Origin: a virus
Lineage: Duplodnaviria > Caudoviricetes
DNA: 64,000 bases
Reading direction: 5' to 3' (one strand)
Virus record (IMG/VR): IMGVR_UViG_3300037067_011215
Span: 3,554-67,553 of that record
Part shown: piece after piece, positions 18,172 through 25,243 of the stretch
Layout of the letters: every line of letters begins with the position of its first letter
Position numbering within the stretch: position 1 is the stretch's first letter
Notes under the pieces: generated by a model
What the model saw: only the letters and a program-made list of their open reading frames with translations
What the model was told of the DNA's origin: nothing
Database searches by the model: none
Program-made: the position numbers and the translations under genes

Positions 18172-18698
18172 AATTTTTCACCTTCTATCAATACTATCCA
18201 ATTTCCTTCGTTTCTTGCTTCACATTTATTGTTTCCTATTTCTATTGGTAGCCAGCGTGATTTGTGTGTTTCGTATTCGTTTCCAAATACTGCTCCCTGT
18301 TTTCCTGGTTCTTTTGGAGTACTTATTAGTACATTTTTTCCTATTTTTTTCATCAATTCTATGAATTTCTTGCCATCTTCTTTTTCGAAGTGTTCCAAGA
18401 TATCTATTGCTAGTATTAGGTCGTATTTTATTTCTCTTTCTTTGAATGCTGTTAGTACTCTAATAGCTTCTCCGATTACTACTTCGTCGTAAATTTCTCT
18501 TTGTAATTTTCCTATGTAATCTTGGAAAACTTCTATTGCATCTATAGTTGGTTTGTTTCCTTTCCAAGTTTCCAAGTATTCTCTTGCTAAGAAACCATAT
18601 TTTCCAAATCCGCATCCTATATCTAATATAGTTTTTGGGTTTACTTGCATTATTATTTCTACTATTGCAGGTATTTGTTTCAATTGTGAGCTTGGCAT
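18168..18698 (-). CDS. class I SAM-dependent methyltransferase
   Basis: ILDIGCGFGKYG; IDAIEVF; YDLILAIDILEHF. Confidence 0.9.
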   Translation of the reverse strand: MPSSQLKQIPAIVEIIMQVNPKTILDIGCGFGKYGFLAREYLETWKGNKPTIDAIEVFQDYIGKLQREIYDEVVIGEAIRVLTAFKEREIKYDLILAIDILEHFEKEDGKKFIELMKKIGKNVLISTPKEPGKQGAVFGNEYETHKSRWLPIEIGNNKCEARNEGNWIVLIEGEKL

Positions 18699-18702
18699 TT
18701 TT

Positions 18703-19005
18703 TTATTTCCCCTTCTTTTCTCTTGCTATTTTCAAAGCTTCTCTTAATTTTTCTTTTGTTTCTTCATTCATTTGTTTTTTTGCTCTCTTTTTTGTTCCAT
18801 ATGGCATCCAAGGGTAAAGAGGACATCCTTCATTTGTGCAATCTTTTCTACCATCTTCGTAATTTCCCATGCATTCGGCGCATTTTGCTCTGATTGATTG
18901 TGAGCTGGTTAGTTTTTTCCCTTCTCTGTATTTTAATAGATCTGCTGAACCTTTGCCTGTCATACTCTCCTCCATAGCTTTGAGCTGTCTTTTTTCTTGT
19001 TTCAT
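18703..19005 (-). CDS. small Cys-rich (zinc-binding) viral protein
   Basis: IRAKCAECMG...DCTNEGCPLYPW. Confidence 0.6.
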   Translation of the reverse strand: MKQEKRQLKAMEESMTGKGSADLLKYREGKKLTSSQSIRAKCAECMGNYEDGRKDCTNEGCPLYPWMPYGTKKRAKKQMNEETKEKLREALKIAREKKGK

Positions 19006-19028
19006 TGTTAATTAACAATAGAATTTGC

Positions 19029-19301
19029 CTAATCTGCCATTGTGATTGCTTTGGTTCCATTGATCCAAATGATCGACTTCTCGTGCAATTTGCCGTCCAA
19101 GAAAATCGATTTAAAAATTGTTCCGTCTTCGTCGGCCCATGATGATGAAGAATTCCCGTTCCATAGTTCTCCATTTAACCAAATGTTTATGTCTACTCCT
19201 GGTGATGCCGATATCGATACGTCAATTCCCATTGCGCTCGCGCTTGCGAGCGCGAGCGCGATTAGTATTAAGAATGATTTTTTCACTTTTATTCCTCGCA
19301 T
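19029..19301 (-). CDS. small secreted/membrane protein
   Basis: Signal-like KKSFLILIALALASASA. Confidence 0.55.
   Translation of the reverse strand: MRGIKVKKSFLILIALALASASAMGIDVSISASPGVDINIWLNGELWNGNSSSSWADEDGTIFKSIFLDGKLHEKSIIWINGTKAITMAD
19231..19262. repeat. intragenic hairpin, 14-bp stem with one T-G
   Basis: ATTGCGCTCGCGCT-TGCG-AGCGCGAGCGCGAT. Confidence 0.85.
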
Positions 19302-19590
19302 GTTTCTACATCTGTTGTTTCAAATGCTATCAGTTTTCCGTATTTAGGTTCTACTTTTTTCATTGTTTGTTTATTTATATCAAAGTTGTCATCTACTAAT
19401 ATTTGTACCACTACTGTTGCTTCCATTATTTTCATTGTTTCACCTTTTATTATTCCGCAGAAACCAATGTTTTTCTGATCTCTGCGGGTAATATTCGCCA
19501 AACACCTATGTAGATCTCTGGCGGATTTATGATTATCATCGTTATTTACCACATTTCTTTCTTTTTTCTCATTTTTTTTTGTTCCTCGTA

Positions 19591-20397
19591 TTACTTGATT
19601 ATTGCTCCGTGTTCTTTTGCATATTTTTTATCTTCTTCTGACAAATTTGCTCCGGACAAATTCGCCCCGGACAAATATGTCACGGACAAATCCGCCCCGG
19701 ACAAATTCGCCCCGGACAAATCTGCCTCTGACAAATCTGCCCTGAACAAATATGTCCCGAACAAATACGCCCCGGACAAATTCGCCCCGGACAAATCTGC
19801 CTCTGACAAATCCGCCCTGAACAAATACGCCTTGAACAAATTCGCCCCGGACAAATTCGCCCCGGACAAATTCGCCCCGGACAAATCCGCCTTGGACAAA
19901 TTCGCCCCGGACAAATATGTCCCGGACAAATCCGCCCCGGACAAATTCGCCCCGGACAAATCTGCCTCTGACAAATCTGCCCTGAACAAATACGCCCTTA
20001 ACAAATTCGCCCCGGACAAATCTGCCTCTGACAAATCCGCCTTGGACAAATTCGCCCCGGACAAATACGCCTGTTGCATCAATTTTTTGGGCCAGTTATT
20101 TATCAATGGCATCTTTCCTGCCAATTTCGCTACCGTCGATGGTTTTAATCTTAGTGTGTCATTTATTCCGACTTTTTCTACTAATTCGGTTTTAAGTGCC
20201 TCGATTCTACATTCCGTGTCTGGGCAATCTAGGCGAAATTCTCCTGGGTAGATGTACTCCACTTTGATGTAGTCGCTGTGCTTCTCTATCGGTACGTATT
20301 TACTCAGTAATTTATCATGTGATCCGTTATCAGGATCACAAAACACATCTATTTCATTGTCGTTTTTCACGACTACAACGGCTATCCCATTACACAT
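19591..20397 (-). CDS. pentapeptide repeat protein
   Basis: About 29 A(N/D/Y)L(S/F)x repeats; start MCNGI after GGAGTGA. Confidence 0.95.
   Translation of the reverse strand: MCNGIAVVVVKNDNEIDVFCDPDNGSHDKLLSKYVPIEKHSDYIKVEYIYPGEFRLDCPDTECRIEALKTELVEKVGINDTLRLKPSTVAKLAGKMPLINNWPKKLMQQAYLSGANLSKADLSEADLSGANLLRAYLFRADLSEADLSGANLSGADLSGTYLSGANLSKADLSGANLSGANLSGANLFKAYLFRADLSEADLSGANLSGAYLFGTYLFRADLSEADLSGANLSGADLSVTYLSGANLSGANLSEEDKKYAKEHGAIIK
19637..20070. repeat. 15-bp tandem repeat array (about 29 units)
   Basis: GACAAATTCGCCCCG-like units. Confidence 0.95.
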
Positions 20398-20415
20398 ATT
20401 AATCACTCCTATATT

Positions 20416-20445
20416 TGTCGCGTGAGCTTGCAAGCTCACGCGACA
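20416..20445. repeat. perfect 30-bp palindrome between stop codon and RBS
   Basis: TGTCGCGTGAGCTTGCAAGCTCACGCGACA equals its own reverse complement. Confidence 0.95.
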
Positions 20446-20675
20446 GTCCATAGTCCTTTTGGTTTCTTTTCCTGCGCCCGTCTTTCTCTTCTGTTTTCTG
20501 GTTTATTTGTGTGTTCTTTTGTTGGTGGAATTTCGCGCATTTTCTTTTTTGGTTCGTAATATAATGCTCGTATTTCTCCTTTTACTTTCATTACTCGTTT
20601 TGCGTTTCTTCTTTCTGTTAATGTCTTTTCTTGTTTCATTACTTCATTTGCTTTTTTTGTTGTGCATGATTTCAT
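20436..20675 (-). CDS. small basic hypothetical protein
   Basis: ORF track; stop lies inside the palindrome. Confidence 0.45.
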   Translation of the reverse strand: MKSCTTKKANEVMKQEKTLTERRNAKRVMKVKGEIRALYYEPKKKMREIPPTKEHTNKPENRRERRAQEKKPKGLWTVA

Positions 20676-20678
20676 GTT

Positions 20679-21257
20679 TTATCCCATCCTTATTTGCCCA
20701 TTTCTTATTAATTGGGCTGCTTCTTCATCGGCCCAATTTTTATGTACTACTAAGTTTCCATTTCTTAATACTTCCCCTCTTTCTATTGTCATTACTACAT
20801 CTAGCTTTCTTGCTAGATTGTTTTCTTTGAATTCCAGTGCTTTTTTTGCTAATTCATCTCCCTGGCTTGCTAAGTATCTTAGTGTATTCAGTTTTAATCC
20901 CGCAAGTGGGTTTGTTCTTGAGCAAAATGATTTCTTTTCTTTTGTAAATATTGGTATGTCTTCATTTGAATCATCTAAAATGGTCGTTGCTGTTCTTTTC
21001 TTGTCTTCTATGAAATTCATGTAGCTTCGCCAAGTCTCCGACTTGTCGAAGCATTGACTTGGATCATGATCAACGAATAGTGATGATAATCTTTTTTCAT
21101 CTTCTAATTCTTCTGCATCAAATTCGTGAATTTCAGAATCGGTTTGGTATATTCTTCTTTGTTCTATTCTCGTTTTCTGCTCTTCGATTACTTTTTCTGC
21201 TTTCAATGCCCATGCGGGCATTGAAAGAGAGTGCTGAAAAGAATTTGAGTGTGGCAT
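20679..21257 (-). CDS. hypothetical protein
   Basis: ORF track; contains hairpin 21024-21052. Confidence 0.55.
   Translation of the reverse strand: MPHSNSFQHSLSMPAWALKAEKVIEEQKTRIEQRRIYQTDSEIHEFDAEELEDEKRLSSLFVDHDPSQCFDKSETWRSYMNFIEDKKRTATTILDDSNEDIPIFTKEKKSFCSRTNPLAGLKLNTLRYLASQGDELAKKALEFKENNLARKLDVVMTIERGEVLRNGNLVVHKNWADEEAAQLIRNGQIRMG
21024..21052. repeat. intragenic hairpin, 13-bp stem with one mismatch
   Basis: GCTTCGCCAAGTC-TCC-GACTTGTCGAAGC. Confidence 0.75.
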
Positions 21258-21259
21258 TT

Positions 21260-21712
21260 CTATGCCACCTCTGTCATATTTGGGATTGGGACTTCTTCGA
21301 TGCTGTTTAAGAAATTGTTTCCATTGTTTCCTGCTTTGAATTTTGCATCGAATACTATTTCTTTCATGTTCCAGTCATGTTTTGCTGCTATTCCTAGTAA
21401 TTGCTCTACTAGGATTGACATCGACTGAAGAATTGTCATTGTTTGTTCTTTATGGCTACTCATTCTCATCACTTTTATTGTGAACATTGGTGTTTTTGAT
21501 TTCTTTGACAATTCTTCGTGTAATTCTGAATCCAGGAAGATTCCACGTACGGTTTCCCCGGCGCTTCCCTGGAAATATGGTCCTACTTCCATCAGGTTTT
21601 TCCTGCTTTCTGCTGCTTTATCTCTTGCATTTTTTGCCCATGCTGGCATTGTGTTTTCTGTTGTTTTTTCTGTTGTTTTCTGTATTTTCTTGCTTGTTAC
21701 AGTTGTTTGCAT
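21260..21712 (-). CDS. possible phage-type SSB (OB fold)
   Basis: GETVRGIFL...MFTIKV...LSILVEQL pattern resembles small viral OB-fold SSBs. Confidence 0.35.
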   Translation of the reverse strand: MQTTVTSKKIQKTTEKTTENTMPAWAKNARDKAAESRKNLMEVGPYFQGSAGETVRGIFLDSELHEELSKKSKTPMFTIKVMRMSSHKEQTMTILQSMSILVEQLLGIAAKHDWNMKEIVFDAKFKAGNNGNNFLNSIEEVPIPNMTEVA

Positions 21713-21786
21713 TTTTTATCACTCCATTTATTCATTTATTTGCTTTTTTTCTCTTTTCTTCTATTCTGTTCCAAGGTCGGCGGAGC

Positions 21787-21864
21787 ATTTAAGCCTTTGT
21801 CGCGCCCTAAGGCGCGATTTGCGCCCGCTGGCGCAAAGGCCGTTCCAGGCCCAAAGGCTTAAAT
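21787..21864. ncRNA. perfect four-way-junction (cloverleaf) structured element, RNA or ssDNA
   Basis: P1 ATTTAAGCCTTTG/CAAAGGCTTAAAT encloses TCGCGCC-CTAA-GGCGCGA, TTTGCGCC-CGCT-GGCGCAAA and GGCC-GTTCCA-GGCC with no unpaired linkers; intergenic. Confidence 0.8.
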
Positions 21865-21895
21865 AGCGAGCTAGACCGATTTTTGTTTGTTTTTT

Positions 21896-22324
21896 TTATT
21901 CTACTCTTGCTAATTCCCAATTGTATCCTGATATTTTTGTTGGCACTTCTGTTGATTTTCCTTCTTTTGCTGATTTTTCTACTAGATTCTGTGCTAATTG
22001 AATTGCTTCGTTTATTCCTTGTGCATTTACTTTTATTGATATCCATGCTGGTACATTTATTACTATTTCGTCTCCTAATGTTTGTGTTACGTTTGCTTCT
22101 TCATTTGTTATTGCTGGTAATCCATTTATTCGTATGCTTTCTAGTGTTTTTCTTTTCGCTGCTTCTACTATGTTATCTACGAATGCTTGTATTTCGTTGT
22201 TTATTAATCGTTCTTGTATTTCTGTGTCTATTCCTTTTTTTGTTACTTCTTTTGATGCTTTTAGTATTGCTTTCAGATTTCTTGTTGCTTGGTTTATCAG
22301 TCCTAATGCTCTAAAGTCTACCAT
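21896..22324 (-). CDS. hypothetical protein
   Basis: AAGGAGG RBS before MVDFRAL. Confidence 0.6.
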   Translation of the reverse strand: MVDFRALGLINQATRNLKAILKASKEVTKKGIDTEIQERLINNEIQAFVDNIVEAAKRKTLESIRINGLPAITNEEANVTQTLGDEIVINVPAWISIKVNAQGINEAIQLAQNLVEKSAKEGKSTEVPTKISGYNWELARVE

Positions 22325-22342
22325 TTCCTTCGCCTCCTTTTC

Positions 22343-22370
22343 AGCCGTCGTCGCTGTTGCGACGACGGCT
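22343..22370. repeat. hairpin, 12-bp perfect stem, between stop codon and AAGGAGG RBS
   Basis: AGCCGTCGTCGC-TGTT-GCGACGACGGCT. Confidence 0.9.
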
Positions 22371-22833
22371 ATTTTACTATGTGCCAAAAACATTCTTTTC
22401 CTAGCTTGAATGCTTCCCATCCTGTCCAACATCCGCCTGATTTTACATGTTTTGCTATTTCTTTTCCTTCTGGATGTTTTGCACAGTGATAGCATTCATT
22501 GAATTTCTTACCTTTGTAGGTTTCTGGATATTCTGTGACCAGTATTACGTGTATTTCGTCGCAGGTGCGTGCGATGTCCAGGTTCCTTTGTTTATAGCCG
22601 TATTCTGCGTCCCATGTTTGCTGTTTTGGTGCTTTAATTTCCATTTTTATTCCTAATTCTTTTGCTGCCTCCTCTGTCCAGATATCTATTCCGCCCATTG
22701 GTGAATGTCCTGATATTGCGATTACATTTGTGTTTTTTGGGTCTGATAAAATAGATTTTATTAGGTCTTTTGCTGCTTTTTCTGTTTTTTTATTGAATTT
22801 ATTTGATCCATGTCCTACTATTGCTGTTTTCAT
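22369..22833 (-). CDS. SLOG-superfamily (YspA/DprA-like) protein
   Basis: MKTAIVGH...ISGHSPMGGIDIWTEEAA...YKQRNLDIARTCD. Confidence 0.7.
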   Translation of the reverse strand: MKTAIVGHGSNKFNKKTEKAAKDLIKSILSDPKNTNVIAISGHSPMGGIDIWTEEAAKELGIKMEIKAPKQQTWDAEYGYKQRNLDIARTCDEIHVILVTEYPETYKGKKFNECYHCAKHPEGKEIAKHVKSGGCWTGWEAFKLGKECFWHIVK

Positions 22834-23069
22834 TCTCGTATCCCTTCTAGTAACATTGCAGTCGTTACGATCAATGCAGCAATCACTGTTAGTATTATTG
22901 CGACAGTGGCGATTATAATCACAATTTCGCTGTTTGCTGCCATTCCAGCGAAAAACATTGAGACTGACCAAATAAGCGCTATTCCAATAATTCTAATTGC
23001 CTTGTCTATCTTATCCATCTTCATCATCCTCCAATTCAACTTTCTCGTCGCATATTTTATCAATTCCAT
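22830..23069 (-). CDS. small two-TM membrane protein
   Basis: Two hydrophobic segments. Confidence 0.55.
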   Translation of the reverse strand: MELIKYATRKLNWRMMKMDKIDKAIRIIGIALIWSVSMFFAGMAANSEIVIIIATVAIILTVIAALIVTTAMLLEGIRE

Positions 23070-23256
23070 CCATTGTGGTCAAAATTGCTATTAATACAAT
23101 GAAAATCAATCCTATTAATCATACTTTCAGATATCTAATAATGCACATATCGCTACGATTGTTACTATTGCCATCATCATATACAACACGAATTTCATTA
23201 CGTCGAATTCCATTCGCGATCACCTCATCAATTCAATACTTTTCTTTTATTCGCTT

Positions 23257-23829
23257 TTACCTTTTGTATTTGATGTAATTCCTGTAATTTGATTCATTTA
23301 TCCTTATTTCTGGTTCTTCTATGTACTCATAGTATCTATTTGGGTCATTTATGATCCATGCTGAGTCATATTCGAAGTTTTCCGAGTTTCCTGATACTAA
23401 TTTTCCAAGTTCGTTGTTTTTTGTGTAGCAGCATTCGATAAATATTCCATTATCCCATTTATCAAATACTATGCACCATACATGTGCTCCCATACTTGAG
23501 AATCGGTATGCTATCTTTGTGTCAAAGCCTTTGTCTTTGAGTAATTTGGATGTGATTATTGATCTTTCTGAGCAATCGAAGGTGTTTTCTTGGTATTCTT
23601 TCGTGTAATTATATGATTTTAGTATTTTTAGTATCTTTTTTTTCATTGAACCATTGATTGATGGTTCAATGTCATTCATTAGAGTGCAATTGTAATTTGT
23701 GTATTTAATGATTGCTCCAATTTCTTTATCACTTAATTGGGCTTGGCAGTTGTTTATTGCTATGAGAAATAAGGCTGCTATACCTGTTAATGTGATTAAT
23801 ACAATCTTAGATTCTGTTGAGAGTTCCAT
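23257..23829 (-). CDS. membrane-anchored transglutaminase-like cysteine protease
   Basis: N-terminal hydrophobic anchor; FDCSERS...AHVWC...FIE (Cys-His-acid pattern). Confidence 0.65.
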   Translation of the reverse strand: MELSTESKIVLITLTGIAALFLIAINNCQAQLSDKEIGAIIKYTNYNCTLMNDIEPSINGSMKKKILKILKSYNYTKEYQENTFDCSERSIITSKLLKDKGFDTKIAYRFSSMGAHVWCIVFDKWDNGIFIECCYTKNNELGKLVSGNSENFEYDSAWIINDPNRYYEYIEEPEIRINESNYRNYIKYKR

Positions 23830-24005
23830 GATTTTTCACCTTTTTGATTTATTTTTCAGTTTATTATTAGTTTGAAAAAATTTTAAAAGTTTTTTGTGGT
23901 TTGGGGTTTTTGATGGGTTGCTATAATAGGTCAGGCGGCTCCTAGAATCCACCTAGAATCCACCTGCCTGTTTCATGCTTTCTTCCTTGTTTATTAACAT
24001 GCATT

Positions 24006-24257
24006 TCATATGAATTCCCCGTTTAGCATACAATCAAGCAAGTATGCTTCAAATGCTTTCTCAGACCTGCTCAAGACAATCATCAGGCTTATTGCCCTGT
24101 TCAAGTCTCTTCCATTGAGCGATATGATAATTTCATGCTCTATGTCTGCCTGATGAGCAAAGATCATTCGTAGGTCTTCACGCTCTTGTTCCAGTGATAG
24201 CTCAATTAATTCTATCATATCCAGCTTGAAAAAGCTTTGTAATTGCATCAGATTCAT
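24006..24257 (-). CDS. small hypothetical protein inside inverted repeat
   Basis: GAGGTGA RBS before MNLMQ. Confidence 0.5.
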   Translation of the reverse strand: MNLMQLQSFFKLDMIELIELSLEQEREDLRMIFAHQADIEHEIIISLNGRDLNRAISLMIVLSRSEKAFEAYLLDCMLNGEFI

Positions 24258-24267
24258 GTTAATCACC

Positions 24268-24393
24268 TCAGTTTAACATCCCGGCCATTCCTAGAACCAG
24301 GTATCCTAACACCAATATCATCCCAATCGCCTCAACGACAACCCCAATGCTATTCCTATCTTCCCTCATATCAAACTCCGTTTCTGCTACCAT
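24268..24393 (-). CDS. 41-aa membrane peptide inside inverted repeat
   Basis: AAGGAGTTGAGG RBS; MVAETEFD...IGMILVLGYLVLGMAGMLN. Confidence 0.45.
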   Translation of the reverse strand: MVAETEFDMREDRNSIGVVVEAIGMILVLGYLVLGMAGMLN

Positions 24394-25243
24394 TCTACCT
24401 CAACTCCTTCCTTATTAATTCACTTTTACCTCTGCACTCGCTATAACTCCCCTACTATCTTTCATCTAACCATCCTGTTCATTCCTATCTCTCCTGCTCC
24501 ATTCATCCTTTCTTCTTCTTTCTTATCTCTCACTCCCCTTCCCTATTATAGCCGCCCCAAAAAAACCGCAAACCACGCACTAAAATGAAAAAAAATCAAA
24601 AAACCCGGAAACAAATTAAAAAAGCCGGAAAATCTCAAATAAAAATCCATCCACGCCCTTGCTTTGCCACCTCCTCAACTGTTAAAACCACGAATCGCTA
24701 TCAGAGAAGAGCTTTTCCACGTTCCGAAATGTTGGAAGAGCAACTCCATGCCGATTTTAGACTGTTGAGAAAATCGCTATGCCATACAATAGAACAGTGA
24801 CAGCCGACCGAAAAGTGTATTTTTCTTCTCTATAGAGGGATTTTATTTACATCTCGCATACGATTTTAAAATATGCAGTGACATGTTTGCGGAATGATCG
24901 ATAGATAGTAAATCGTTTTGGCATCCTCTTATTTTATCGTTTACATGAATAAAAGTATTTGTCACGATTATGCATGGACCCTTTTTATATGACGCTCCTA
25001 TAATGTATCGAAATGGAACTTCCTAAAGACAGTGTAAACCACTTCCTAAACCGAGTGTATAAATTGCTGTACGAGGTCACTGTATCAATTTTCTTTAAGT
25101 TCATTTTCTCACTACACATTGTAATCCGCTCCAATCATTTTTATCCAGTTTCCCAACCAGTCCATTCCAAAAATATATATCACGATTTCCCCAAATCGCA
25201 TAATTTCTTCTTTATAATAATATTTTCTTACATAGTCATCTTT

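Larger units (their letters stand above)
23896..24576. repeat. 35-bp imperfect inverted repeat (23896-23930 / 24542-24576)
   Basis: GTGGTTTGGGGTTTTTGATGGGTTGCTATAATAGG vs reverse complement GTGGTTTGCGGTTTTTTTGGGGCGGCTATAATAGG; 29/35 identical, no gaps. Confidence 0.85.

Noticed and set aside
21787-21864. Canonical tRNA gene
   Set aside because: 13-bp closing stem, 4-nt loops, no anticodon loop, no CCA; kept as an unclassified structured element.
12955-23000. Integron-like cassette array with attC sites
   Set aside because: Hairpins lack GTTRRRY/RYYYAAC ends and extrahelical bases, and no tyrosine recombinase is in the window.
23896-24576. Terminal inverted repeats of a linear genome joined by assembly
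   Set aside because: Joined termini would abut as a palindrome; these are 611 bp apart and enclose genes.
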